Source of the DNA: Stegostoma tigrinum
Taxonomy: Eukaryota
NCBI RefSeq assembly: GCF_030684315.1
Contig: NC_081371.1
Location: 24,609,440 to 24,673,439, forward strand
DNA: 64,000 nt
Direction of reading: 5' to 3'
This document shows positions 13,606-27,700 of the stretch, piece by piece; the first letter of the stretch is position 1; every line of letters begins with the position of its first letter. The notes under the pieces were generated by a model that had not been told where the DNA came from, ran no database searches, and worked only from the letters and a program-made list of their open reading frames with translations. A program made the position numbers and the translations under genes.

Positions 13606-16600
13606 GTAATTGGCTGGGTTGGATTAGTCCTGCTTTTTATGTACAGGACAAACTTGGGCAATTTTCCACCTTATCGGATAGATGCTAGTGCTGTTACAAA
13701 ACTGGACCTGCATGGCTAGGGGAGCAGCAAGTTCTGGAGCACAAGTTTTCAGTACAGTTGCCTGAATGTTATCAGGGCCAATGGCCTTTGCAGTATCCAG
13801 TGATTGTAACTGTATCTTGATAATCACATGGAGTAAATCAAATTGTCTGGAGACTGACATCCATGATGCTAGGACCACTAGAGGAGGCCGAAATGGATCA
13901 ACCACTTGACACTTCTGGCTGAAGATTGCTGCAACTGCTTTAGCCCGATCTTGTGTGTGCTGGGCTCCCCCCATCATGGAGGATGAGCTATTTGTTGAGC
14001 ATCTCTCCCAGTGTATATGGCATGACTGTAGAACGTAGATCTGATCCATTGGCTGTGGGATCCATTAGTTCTGTCAATCACTAGCTGTTTATGCTGCTTG
14101 GTACAGACAGTTCTGTTGTGCAGCTTCACTGAGTTGACACCTCATTTTAGGTTTGCCTGGTGTTCCTCCTGACATGTATATCTACGCTCTTCTTTGAATC
14201 AGGGTTGATCTCCTGGCTTGATGGTAATGATTGAGTAGGGGATATGCTAGCACTAATGTGTATCAGAGCTCATCTCATACAGAACTTATTTGAGATGCCT
14301 CAAAGCCTCTTGCATGAATCTTCTGACAAAAATATTTCCTTTGGAGTTTGCCGAATTTCAGGTCTGTTTTCACTTTGGGTTTTTACTTTATCTGTCTTTA
14401 GGAAACATTAGAGACCATCACCATGAACATGTTTCCTTTGAACCATGTCATATCTGTTAATAATGGCATTACCCAGGGGCCACTGGAATATAGGCCATTT
14501 TATAACATTAACAGTGTAAGGTACCTCATCGGGTTGTAATTAGACAAAAAAATGGCAGAAGCCAAAGAAATATATACCCTATGAGGATGTCTGATTGAAA
14601 AACCGTGTAAAACAAACAGCTTTAAAGGACTGTTTTAAAAGGGGAGGCAGGAAGGGGCAGAGGGATTTAGGGAGTGAATTCCTAGACCTTAGGATCTCAA
14701 AAGCTGAAAACATGACAGCTAATATCATGGCTAAGTAAGCATGGAGTGAACAATAAGCCAATATTAAAGCAATATGGAGCTACTGGATTCATGTCATGAT
14801 TTTATAGAATAGAAATAGGCCATTCAGCCCGACTGATTTATATTGATATTTATGTGATACAGAGATTGTTAGGCACATGCTTACACAAAGAGTGGCTGGG
14901 TTATCGAGTCCAATCAGTTAGTTTTATAGTACTGGTTTCTTGATATTAGAACCAGAATTAGGTGCCTTCCATGAACTTGAATCTGTGGGATCAGAACCTA
15001 ATTTCCAAATATTATCTTTAAGACCTTTGTAAAATATTTTACATTAACCATTGCATATAAATGAGTTATTTTTACTTAACTCTTGAATTTAATAAAGTCT
15101 TATTTGCAGGTCTTTAACCCATTCAGATTTCTTATTGTGGTAAACATTCCTGATGCTCACTTTGAATCAACTAACTATTCCTACCACCTTATAAAACTCT
15201 TGCCTATTAATGGACTCATTTACCAACAAAATATTTGCCTACCTGCCTTTTATCTATTCCCATTTAATGCTACTACCTACAGAGACCTATAATCATTCAG
15301 CCCTCACCAGTTTCTCCAGACTTTAACCTGTATTTGGAAAGTCAATTATATAATTGAACTACTAAAGTTCAATATTCAAATGAATAAATGTTTTTGCGTC
15401 CATGATCACACTATTCTGAATTATCTTCATACTTGTATATGATTTTATTATTATGAGCTAGTTTTAGCTAGATTGTTACAACAGTTTTGTGTCTTGTGGA
15501 AACAAAGTTTTTTATTCTTTCATGCAACCAAATATCATTGGCAAGGCCAGAATTTGTTTCCCATCCTTAACTGTCTTGCAGGGTTACTATGATAATTATA
15601 AAACTTCTCATCAACAATTCAGAGGCAACCACACTGCTGTGTACCTTGAGTCGCACATAGGTCTGACATGCTAGAGATAGCAGAGACCTTCCCCTAAAGG
15701 ATGGATGGGGGGAAACAGATGGAATTTTTCAAAGCGGTAATCAATGCTAAGTTTACCATCACTGAGACTAGCTTTTCCATTTTTTGTTTTATTATTGAAG
15801 TCAAATTCCAGGTGCTATGGTAAAATTGGAACAAATGTCCCAAGGGTATTAACTGGGTTTCTATTATTAGTCCACTGACATTAAAGGGAGATGTTGTTGA
15901 AAAAATAACCAGACATCCTACATCTAAAGGAGTACTGTTGCAATAAAGATATTAATTTCACCATAAATGTTTTGAGGACATGTCTTTTCTATAATGCAAT
16001 ATCTTTCTAGCTGACAGAAGTGAAATCCTCGCTGTACAGATGTAAAAAGGTACAGTACAATATAGCTACAGAAACTACTAAATCATTGATGTAATTGAAG
16101 TAAAGTTTTTATTTATTGACATTTGATCACTGTACAGTAGCCAATGTACCAAGCACACACAGTTTCACAATGGGCTGTTTATATTGAAATTATATGTCTG
16201 AGGCACAGATTGCGTTCTTTTTATTAAGGTGCATTAAGAAAATCTGGAGCATTTACAATTAGGTTATTTTGAAATATTTACATGAACTGCAAGCTGGAAA
16301 AACTGTATTGTTCATAATTTACAACTACTGTTGCTGTCGCATGATCTAGTGACTCAGCTGTGGGGATGTTTAGCTGCCAAACTAATAGCCATTACAAATT
16401 CAGGTTTGCGTGGAGTCAGAGAAAGCAGTTCCAGTAGTACACTGATAGGCCCGTTGTCGGAATGCAAAGCAGAAGCAGATCATAACTCTTTTTACAAAAA
16501 AACATAGTCCTTAAAAAATATAATTTCTATTGGTTAAGCACAGAGAACAATACATCTCTGACTGGCAGCAGTAAGGGGGCAACCAGTAGTCTCATCGGTC

Positions 16601-19600
16601 GTTGCAACCGACAACAATTTCAAAGTGGTTTTGATCCTGATGTCACTGACATGATCACACCACAAAAACCAAAAAAAATTAATGCCAAACTGTATTGAAA
16701 AGCCTCCAAAGCACCACACATGGAATAACAAAAAATTTAAAGATTACAAACTGTCTCGTCAGTTAATTATTTCTACAAGCATCATTGTAATTGAATCGCT
16801 TTGGCAAGAACTAAATGCTCCTCTTAACTAGTTGCCTAGTTAAGCATTTTAAAATGTCCCTGTACGAAAGGGAAGCTCATTGCTTACCTGCCCAGAAACT
16901 TCTGCACATGTCAATTTCTGAAAAGAAAACTTTTATCGGCTGAGCATTGGAGAATGCTTGGATAATCGGCAAATGCAATCTACAGCTCACACCCTTCCAA
17001 CAGGTTGTGCAGGGAAAACCATTCTTCCCAGGAATTTCAAACCGCCTCTTGATGCACAGGCCACCATTTCCTCAAAGGAAAAAAATGTAAATGAAAACAC
17101 TTAGAGAGCAACAAGAGAAGCAGGATATTTGGCCTAGCATTAATGACACATCAAACCAGAATGTGGAGTCTTTCAAAAGCCTGTCTCTCACCCTGACAAC
17201 TTACGCACAGGAAAATATGAGACTGAAAATAATTGCAGATTTACTGATAGAGTTTTTAATAGAATCGAAGCATGCAATAGCTGTTGTGAAATGATGCAGA
17301 AGGGAGGGAGAGCTTCAGATTCCCAAAGCACTGAGACCAATTTGGATATGAGCATCTTGCAGGAAAAAAAAAGACAGGTTGCATCTAATCAGGGTTGGGA
17401 TAATTATCCACAAAAGTAAGGTTAGTTTGTGTTGTGAGGTAAAGTCTTAAAACTTTATGGACAGGAAGAGGAACATCAGGGCAAAGCATCAAAGAAACAA
17501 GAAGCATTTACGACTGGTAAAAACAAACAGCATTATGACATAAATAATAATTCAGGAAAGGAGGAATCAAATCAGAGAGAAATGCAAAGTAGACAACCGC
17601 AGGATTGCATAAATACGGGGATTGAGAAAGAAGGTTGGTAAACTCCATGCACAACTTGTCAGAAGGAGATATGATGAGTGGCAATATGGAAGTCTTTCTT
17701 CTCAATTAAAGAAATTGGAAGCTACACATTCCGGCTACAAAAGTGAAACTTATCTACACAGTACATTCTTGGTCTCTGCTTCACAGAAGCATCTACATGT
17801 GACCATTTCATATACTCAAGCGGGATTGAGAATGAAAAAATACAGGATGGCAAAAATGGTATGACTAGTTCTGGGAAGGATGATGCAATAGACGACCTAA
17901 GAACAGCATTTTTTTGGGTGTATCCTGTGGAACAACAGATACTGGGGAAGAGATACAGGAGTAAATCTGCAGTAAATTTCAGCAAAGTTAAAAATATTAA
18001 AAGTAGTAATAGTTGGGAACTTCAGTTATCTCAGTACAGATGAGAAAAATAAAATCAAAGTGGGGAATGAGTAAAATCATAGGGAGCTCCTGCAGATTGG
18101 TTTCCCAGCTACAAGGAGGTGGGAAGCCAATTTGAATAAGTATTGTCCATTTCCAGCTGATTGAGGGCAGCCACCCAGTTGTAGCCTGGTGGGGATTGTT
18201 CTTTAGAACCTTAGAGGGAGCCATGGGCAGTCTTCACTATTTCCTCAAAGGCGTTTCCTTGAATCATCAAACATTTTTAAAACTATTTTTCAGAGTACCT
18301 CCTCAATGCTGCAAGGCTCCTGCATTGCCTCCTCATTGGTCACAATTCCTAACCGTGGGCTGTTGTGATTCCAGTTGGGTTCAGAAACCACTTATGAGCC
18401 GTCGCCCATAAAATTAGGAGAAAAGTTTCATTGGCTACCTACAAATGCATTTCTGATCGATGTGAGGATCTCCATTGTATTGGTAAAATCCTCCCCTTTA
18501 AATCTGACCCTCTCTCCACAGTTGCTGAGTTTTTCCAGGATTTGTTGTTCTTATTTCTCATTTCCAGCATTTTGTTTTTTGAATCAAATGAATAGTCAAG
18601 GTGAAGAAGACTACGTTTAGTGAGTTCGATCAGGAGACAGGAAGTCAATATTGGCAAAAATAAAACACTTAGTAAACAGTGGAATGCACGCCAAGTCATG
18701 GTACAGTTAAGATATTATATACATGAGAGAAAGAAAGGGTATCCAAATCAGACTGTAATAAAACTGATTAAAATATAAATAAGAGATTTATAATGAGCAA
18801 CAAATCCATAAAATAAAAATATTAAGCAGAATGCAAAACATGCAGAAAATAATTGCCAAGAAAATGAAACTGCACTAGAATAGAGTTCTTCAGCTGTGCA
18901 ACTTTCTGGTTACACCACATTTCTGGCCACCATACCGTGATATATATCACTGCGAGCAATGAGGCATAAGTTTATTGGAATGATACTGGAAAGTTAAATT
19001 ATGAGGAAAGATTGCACAAATCAGTCTCCAAATTCCAAAAGAACCCAAATGGGTGATTTGATTAATGCTTTCAAAGTATTAAGGGGAATAGATACAACAG
19101 ATAAACTAACTAAGATGGGGACCATAGTCTAAAGTTTAGAGACAAACTTTTCAGATATGAATTAGGAAAGAGACACTAGTACAACTTTGTTCTGTAAATA
19201 GCAATTGATGCTGGATTAATTGTTAAGTCTTAAACCTGACAATGACTGATGAGCAAAGAATCTGTTAAAGAATAGTGAATGAAGATAGAACCATTGGTGT
19301 TTCCTGAAGAAATGCATTCCTGCATCAGGATGCCAAACTATTAAATTATATAAATTTAATGATAAACCATCAACTATTCAAAAGTGGGTGACAGATGTGA
19401 TCAATGAACTGTGTTAAGGCCTTAGCTGAGAGATAATTTTCTTATTTGCTAAAGTAGGAAGTCAAGAGCAGGTAACTTGGAAGCACAAGGTGCAACCTAA
19501 GGCTCTTGGTTATTTTAAAACTGCAGTATAATATAGATTCCAAATTCTCATCTCAAAGACTATTTGTAGCTGCTATTCTAGAGTGCTGCATTACAAATTC

Positions 19601-19610
19601 TGTTGTTCAC

Positions 19611-19616
19611 TTTATT
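19611..19616 (-). terminator. Candidate FOXM1 polyadenylation signal
   Basis: AATAAA on the minus strand ~1.25 kb beyond the stop codon; not verified. Confidence 0.3.
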
Positions 19617-20493
19617 AAAGTATGTCACAGTAAGGGACTGTTCACCTTCAGTACCAATACCACATTTAATCTGGAATACATCATATGTTTAAAACACCAA
19701 ACCCAAACTTCGCACATTTAAGCGAGAATTTCAATATTTTTAACTAGATGATTTGCAACCTACATAGCAATACACAGAATAATGTGGTTACACCGGTCAG
19801 GTAGAAGGGGGCTTGATCCAGTGAGCAGATATCTGACAACAGAAAACAAAGCTGATACAGATACAAAGTGTTCCTTTCTTCCTGGGAATTGGAGTATATG
19901 AAGAAAAAACAAATTGCAAGAAGTAGAAAGCTGAAATAATGAAAAATCTGGAAAAATACTGTATCTTTGGCAGTTCTGATTACGTCCAAATTGTTAACTA
20001 GTCAGATACTGATAATTTCCAGCATTTTCTGTTTAAAAACTTTTGGGCTGGAACTGAATGCTGCCAGCTGCTGTATGAAATGCAACTTCTAATGTCAATC
20101 TCCGAGATACTAAGATGGACAATTTATATCAACACTGATCAACTATGACTTGCCTGCATTATCTCATATCTTATTAACTAGACAACAAGCTTCAGTTAAG
20201 ATCAGACCTTCACTGAAATTAAGAAAGTCACATTCTCCTCCCCCTATGCATTACAGGGCTCATATTCCCCTTCATAGTTTTCTCTTTACATTTTTAAAAA
20301 TATATTTACAAGTACAATATACAAAACTTTCTGACATTCCCTGAGAAGACACCAAGAAATAAGAAAATGTATAGTCAAAGTCAAGGAATTTGCTGACTAT
20401 CATCAGAAATGCAGTGCTAGGGAGGTCTCAAGGCCTTTAAAAGTGGCCCAATGTCCTGTATCCAGGAAGATAAAGGAGCAGCAAACACAGCAT

Positions 20494-20569
20494 GCGTGCG
20501 CGCACACACACACGCGCACACACACACGCGCACACACACACGCGCACACACACACGCGCACACACACAT
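20494..20569. repeat. Compound (CA)n/(CG)n microsatellite in the FOXM1 3' UTR region
   Basis: gcgtgcgcgcacacacacacgcgcacacac... about 75 bp. Confidence 0.9.
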
Positions 20570-20866
20570 ATCAAATCAATACAGAGTATGGCAGACACTC
20601 TCAGACAAGTGCAAAGGATAACAATGAACAGTGATTAATCTAGTTACAATAAGCATAGTCCAGTTGGGTGAGGAACTAAATACCTATAGATACAGACACT
20701 AGGAGCTGACGACTTCAAAAACAACCTGAAATATTGCCAAAGGCTTTAGTCCAAGAAGATTTTTCTAGTTCTGACTCAATAGCTACATCAGCTTGAACAT
20801 GAAATAGTTTTAATATCAAGAATAAAAATCATCTAAGCAGCAAAACTCCCCTCCTCACAAAGTGAA

Positions 20867-21730
20867 TTATCTCAGTTCTGGAATTAGTGTTGACCAACTC
20901 ATTTTCCCAAGTTCGTAGTCCTCATCCTCCAGGCCAGTGAAACTAATGTCCAGGAATATTTTACTAAGACTGTCATTGAGAGTGTCCAAGACCAAGCCTT
21001 CAGTCAAAGACTTGTTTGCTTTGGTGTTACAGTTCGTATGTATCTGAAGTTCTCGAGAACATCTTCTGGAATTGCCCTCTGAAAGAGGGGAGGATCCTGT
21101 GTCAGGCACAAGATCTTTAACTGGGGAGTTCAAGAGCTCACGTGGTGACTCAAAGAGAGCGAAGTCCTTAAATGGTGTACTACTAAAACTCAGGTTGCCT
21201 GTGTTATTACGCAGTGGTGTTAGGAAGGAACCACATGGTGTCCTCACAGGACTGAACTCAAATAGGCTGTCGTCTTTTTTCAAAGGGGTCAGCGCAATCT
21301 TCCAGCTGTTTGCTACAGTGACTGGCGAGCTCTCACTGGTGCCTTTACTCGGGGTGGAGGAGGCAGGTAGATCATGGGGCTTCTCTTTAATGGGGGTTTT
21401 GAAGTTATAATCTATGCTGGTGTTGGCAAAATCTGAGCATTGCTCCAGGGTTCTGGATTCATTGAAACCAGACACAAAACCCAAATCTGGTCCACACTCT
21501 GCAATGGGCTCACTGGCTTCTGGGAACAGAAGAACAGGCTCCTCAATAGGCTGAAGAACATGCCTCTGTTTTCGCCTGGAACTGCTCTCCTTGGAGACCT
21601 CGCAGGCTTTTGCTGTTGCAGAATTCTCTTGAATATCAGTAATTGGAGGGATTGTTGGAATCAGCATCAATTTCTCAGAATCCTTTATTGAGGTTACAGG
21701 ATGATTATAACTCAGACTCTCGCTTGGAAC
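20867..21730 (-). CDS. FOXM1: FOXM1 last coding exon (CDK sites and transactivation domain)
   Basis: [58 protein letters not shown]...[10 protein letters not shown]. Acceptor tttaag| at 21730. Confidence 0.95.
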   Translation of the reverse strand, partial: VPSESLSYNHPVTSIKDSEKLMLIPTIPPITDIQENSATAKACEVSKESSSRRKQRHVLQPIEEPVLLFPEASEPIAECGPDLGFVSGFNESRTLEQCSDFANTSIDYNFKTPIKEKPHDLPASSTPSKGTSESSPVTVANSWKIALTPLKKDDSLFEFSPVRTPCGSFLTPLRNNTGNLSFSSTPFKDFALFESPRELLNSPVKDLVPDTGSSPLSEGNSRRCSRELQIHTNCNTKANKSLTEGLVLDTLNDSLSKIFLDISFTGLEDEDYELGKMSWSTLIPELR

Positions 21731-24700
21731 CTTAAAAAAAACATAAAAGACTAAATACTTTGAAATCATCCACATTCAAGAACAGTGTTAAATCTTTTTC
21801 TGAAAAATAAGATCTTGCATTACATTTTCAGTTTTAATGTAAATAAACATCTCAGCACACTTCACAGGTATAATCAGATAAAAATTAACATTGAGTTACA
21901 GGTGGGTTAATGGGGGAAGTCGAAGGTAGTGTCCATTATTTTGGTGCTAAGGTGAATTTCAAAGCTGCAAACATAGAATGTTAGAGGGAGGGGACTAGGT
22001 AGTTAAAAACGCAGTGTGATAGTCCACGTGCCTGTGGGGAAAAATTGTCGTGTTTTACTTTGGGATAATCGTCCCTTCAAGAACTAGGTTTCCTGGTAAA
22101 GTTTCTGTATCAAAAGAGTGGGATGAGAGTAAGATTGAGCGAAAGAGATAAGTGAGAGGTGACAGACAGTGAGTGCGCGAGAGAGAGATACAGAGCAGGA
22201 GAGAGAGTTAAGAAATTATTAGTTGGCAAGAGAAAAGCTTAGGGTAAGGGAAAAAAAGAAGAGATCGCAGTTCAAAGGAGAGTTCTGATTCCACTGTGAA
22301 ATTTGATTCAAGTAAAAATCTTAATTTAACATGCCTAAATATACAGAGATGAAGGATATTTCACTCCATTTGGAAAGTTGGCTACGAAGTTGAAGTGCTA
22401 AAAGATGCTTAGTGTTTAATATTGCAGAATGCCCTAACAGGTACAGCTAAAAATGTGAACAGCAGTCTGGTCCCTGAAACTCAATGTAAATTTATGACTA
22501 TAAAGAAACCTAATCTAATCGAACATTTGTAGAGTATGCATGACAGAAAGAAATGCTGTAGGATCAGTGGTTTTAATGACTGGAGAAGAATTGTGTGTGT
22601 GAGGGAAATTATGATTACGGAAAATTCCCAAAATAGTATTTGAGCAACCTTTAAGACTTGTTTAGTGAAGTGTGATGTCAAAAATCCAAAGAGCAGCTGC
22701 TCTGGCGGTCAGCCATGATATCTCACACATTTGGGAAATTGCCATATGGGAATCTACGAGGAATCAGAGGAATAGAAAATATGGGTTGGAAACTGTATTA
22801 GTTTTAGGGAATAAATGGACACCAAAATAAGAAAAGGAGAAAGGTTAAAACTAAGAATTGATGTCAATTAAAGAATTTGCTTCCAATATAATAAGATTGG
22901 GCAAATTGAAGCTAATTGCTAGAAATTAAATGGGAGACGTATACAATTGTAGAAATGGCTAAGGAATTCTAAAAATACTGGGTATTAAACCTGTAGCAGT
23001 GGTACAGAGGACACATGCTCCCTCGGAACCTACAACAAATTGTGATATGGCTCAGGGTAGTCAAGAATTTTCCTTGATTATGCTAGAAAGTGTCAAATTA
23101 CTGGAGGTTCTGGCTATTTTAACTAGAATAAAGTGTTCCCTGGGTTTCCCAACAAAGTAAGTAAACTAAATTACAGAAGACTTTTTTTTTCCTGTAGAGG
23201 CATCCTTATGTCTCTGATCAGTAAGGCAAATTACAAAGATTGTACAGAAAATTTCATTTTCTGTATTTTTGAGTATAGACTAAAATTGAAAAAATCTGTT
23301 TCAAAAACAAGCATTGTCGACTGAATTGTTTACTTTTGAAGCAGGTTACTGAAACTCATTATGTGTGGTGTTGACACTACTCCTTTATTCAGGTGGCATG
23401 GTGGCTCAGTGGTTAGCACTGCTGCCTCACAGTGCCTGGGTCCCCCAGGTTCAATTCCATCCTTGGGTGACTGTCTGTGTACAGTCTGCACGTTCCCTCC
23501 ATGTCTGCGTGAGTTTGCTCTGGTTTCATCCCACAGTCCAAAAGATGTGCTAGGGCTAGGTGGATTGGCCATGGGAAATTGCCTTGTACTGTACAGGGAT
23601 GTGTAGATTAGGTGGGTTATATAGGGGGTTGGATCTGGGTGGGATGCTCTGAGAGTTGGTATGGACTTGTTGGGCTGAAGGGCCAGTTTCCACACTGGAT
23701 GGATTCTATGATTGAAGTGGAGGGGTGAAAGGGAGAAGGATGTTTAAAGGTTCTATGGAAGCGGTGAGCTGTGGATGGTAACATGTTGCTCACTGGTTTG
23801 TGCAACTGTGACCAACCATGGGTGCCAAAGATCATCAGCCTGACAACAGCCCCCCGATTGGCTCCTTAGCATATGAACAGCTTGTGGGTATGAAGATACA
23901 GAGAGGAGACTTTGGACTGTTGAATGTGAGGTTGTGTGTATGTGTCTCTCCCTTTGGAATAAAATATCTGAAGCCTGACAAGAGCCAGTTATTTTCTCTA
24001 GTTGCTGGAAGCTGTTGCTTTTGATAGTAACTAAGAGACTTTGTAGTGAGTCTACCAATCACCTTGTGCCTCCACAGCAACGAGATGAAAGAACCCAGAG
24101 AAAGGAGATTAAAGAACAGAAAGCCAAAGGAACATCTCAGTGAACCCTGTGAACTAGTACTACGGAACGGTGCTTCACATTTTGTCACTCTGCCAATCAA
24201 CCAATGTCTTTTTTGTATGTATGCCTTTGTGCAGTATGCATGTATGCAGGGCTTTATTAATAACATCTTCAAAAACGCCAACAAATTTGTCAAATGTGAT
24301 TTACGATTCGCAAATCCATTGCTGACAATGCCAATCAGATCATTATCAGCTGGATCTATTTATTGTATCCTTTATAAAAGATTCTAGCATTTTCTCTACT
24401 ACTAATGCAAGGCTAACAGGTTTAAGTTTATCTGTTCTCTTTCTCATTCCCTCCTCAAATAGTATGGTGACATTTATTACCTTGGAAACTGCAGGAATCA
24501 TTCCAGAATCTATTGAATTTTGGAAGATAATCACTAATGCATTGGCTATCTCAATAGCCACTTCCTTCAACATTCTGGTGTTTAGGCTATTAGGTTCTGG
24601 GGATTTATCAACTTTCATCCCATCAAGTTCTCATTTTTATGTTATCTATGAAAACTTTTACTTCCCATTTTAAGCTTTTACCAGATCACATTCACATTCT

Positions 24701-27700
24701 ATGCTCCCTTACCTTTCTAGTTTCTTGGTATTCCTTTACTGCATTCTAGAACCCTCAAAATCCTCAAAATTGTTGTTATTGCTGGCAACTTTGCAAAATT
24801 TTTCTTTTAGTCTTACACAATTCCGAACTTGCTTTGTAAGGCACAGTTGACTGACTGTTTTGAAAATTTGCAATTTGAAGGAGTGTATCGTTACTGCAAG
24901 TCATGTAACAAATCTTTAAAGACTATCCATTTGTATGTACAATCATGCCTTTTAATGCATTTTCCCAGTCCACCTCAGCAAATTCATGCTTCGCACCTTC
25001 ATAATTTCCCTTATTCAAATTTCACACCCTTGCTTCAGAATGAACTTCCTCACTTTCAAACATTATGTAAAATTGTATTATATTTTGGCTGCTAATCTCA
25101 GATTTTTTTACAAGATTATTAATTAGCCGATTTTCATTACTTAATATTAAATCTAAAATAGCAAGTCCTTTAGTGGGCTCAATACACTGCTCCAAAAAAC
25201 CATCCCTAAAACACTCCAGAAACTTGTCCTCCACAGCTTTGGTACTCAGTTGGTTTATCCAGTCCATATGCAGATTGAAGTCACCCATGATAACTTGTTG
25301 CCCAAGCTAAAGACTTTTCTCATCTCTTGATTAATACCAGACCCCACACTACCACTACAATTTGGTGGCCTATAAACAACTCCAACAAAGTCTGCTGCCA
25401 ACTACTGTTTCTTAGTTCCACCAAAACAAATTCCACATATTGTTCTTCAACGCAAGGTCCTTCCTTACTAATGTACTGATTCCATCTCTGATTATCATAG
25501 CAATGCCAACTCCTTTTCTTTCTTGTCCATCCTTCTTAAATGTCACATATTCTTGAAATCTTCAGATCCCAGTCTTGGTCTCATGCAGTCATATTTCTGT
25601 AATGGCAATTAGATTATTCCCATGTATTTCTTTTTGTGCATCTAGATTGTCTACCTTGCCGCAAATACTGTGTGCATTCAGGTAGGAATGGCTATGGCTG
25701 ACATGATGATTGCTCGAGTGCCCCAGAAGAATGAGCCATAGTAGAATGAAAATTACCTTTGGTGCTATCCGAACACGCTTGCGCTTCCTGGCCAACTCGC
25801 TACTGCTGCCAGTTGAGGAGCGGTGCCCCTGGATTGTTGGTAGGGTTATGTGAGGAGATGGCTGCAGGATGAGGGAAGAGTTGACCGGCAACTGAATGGG
25901 TACCAGGTAGGAGTCAGTCCGGGGCAACAGTGGCTTCATCTTTCTCAGATTAACTTCTGCACAAAAAAGCCATGAAAACAATTTATCCAGTAAGTTTATT
26001 GAAGGGTGACTCACCATCTCTGCTCTTGTGTTGAAAGTTATGAGATTTGATCCAATTCAGCTCCAAATCAGAAAATGACAATGGAAGCAGCAACTGAGCT
26101 CAAAAGGGTAAGGAACTGAAATGACATAATTAAACTGAAAATTGCATCACTGAGATGGGGACATGATTTAAACCCAAGAATCCATAAATATTGGTTGAAA
26201 CTTAATTCAAAATAGGTGGTTTGAACTCATACTAGAAATGCATGAAATCTGCAACAGAAGCTGAACTGTCCACTTCTAGTTTTAACAGAGTTGGAATGAG
26301 GGAGTGGATGAAAAATTGATTCTGGGGAAGCAAGTCAGTCATTTAAATATTACAACAATAATTAAATCAGTCATTACTCGATTCAGGTACACTGACAATG
26401 GAAAACTATGGTGCAGTGGCAGTGCCCCTACCTCAGAAGGTCTGGATTTAAGTCCCACCTGCCTGGAGATATGTAACATCATGTCTGATCAGGTTCAAAA
26501 AATAATTATAGTGGAAAACGGACCCCTTAAAATAGGTCGGTCTGTTCTATAGAATTTTAGCCTTACATGGGTGTTTGACAAAGCCAATAAAATGAGGTTA
26601 AGTGAAAACAATTCAGCTCTTTAACACAGAGCTAATGTCAGATGGCTCTGTCTTTTTAGCAGCAGCATGTACTTCCTCGAATTTAAGCTTACAACATAAC
26701 ACTGAAACCAAAGTATGTCAAAAGTTAAGTTCACCTTTATCAGAACTGCTACTTTTTCACGTACCTGTGCTGAGAGCGACATTACTCTTTGGCAGCTCAG
26801 CATTGCCAGTTCGCTTTTGTTGCTAAAATTGAACAGATTAAACCAAAAAATATTAAACCATGCATATTTTCATTATCTTGAGATTAGTAAATATGCACTG
26901 CACATTCCTTCTGCAGAGCCAGATGGCATACAATGATACAGAAACCCTTTCTTAAACTGTAAATATTTGATGCTACTGAACATTAATAGTTGAAGCCATG
27001 GTTTAGGTGCATCTGATCAATTCATTTTATAACATTGCAGTGTTCAGTTTACAGGCAGTAATTCATCAAACATCCACTAGCCTATATGTTTGCTTCAATG
27101 TATGAAATATAGCCCAAGGAATGTTCCAACTATTTTTCCTTGCTTAATATTATTTTTGTTTCTGTGATCTACACCCTCTACATCATTTCCACTGTGCTGT
27201 CTGGGTCCTTTCTGCAAGATTATATTTCCTGACTTTCATTTGTTTTATTTTGGAATATTTTAACCCATTATTTCCCTTCTCTTTTTATTCACTTAGCTTC
27301 TCTATTAATATTCTTTTCCGTTGATTCTTTCCCACCCAATTTCAGCTGGTGCTTTCATCTTATTATGTGGCATTTGTGTTTCCCAGGGAAGTCAGAGTCA
27401 AAGAACAGGCAAAATAATCCTGAGTGTGAAGTCAAGATCTACCTGTAAGAATGGATAAAGCATTGTTCAAAGCAACAATGGAAGAAAACCCAGAGTTTAA
27501 GAAAATTAATTAATATATTCAGTTTTAAAAATGGGATTCTGTCAAGAAAGAGAAATAACAGCTGAAATTATAGATATCCTGGTACAAATATCAACAATAG
27601 TAAAGCCTCCTTCTCCCTGGCGCAGCTAAATAGAGATCAGCACAAAAAGGTGACAAGATGCTGCCAAGAGCATATGGGTCTTACTTGTTGACAGACCAGC

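Larger units (their letters stand above)
11740..14250 (-). mobile_element. CR1/L2-group LINE RT relic with nested SINE and PLE pieces
   Basis: TAKAIGPDNIQATVLKTCAPELAAPLA..WKIAQVCPVHKKQD; ANYRPINLLSTISKVMEGVINSAIKQ. Confidence 0.8.

Noticed and set aside
20443-20634. His/Thr-rich ORF
   Set aside because: Translation of the CA microsatellite.
21072-21691. Plus-strand ORFs of 112 and 83 aa
   Set aside because: Antisense shadows of the FOXM1 last exon.
23835-24387. Overlapping 152-aa and 113-aa ORFs as a FOXM1 exon VIIa equivalent or nested gene
   Set aside because: No matching splice sites or homology recognised; lies among repeat relics.
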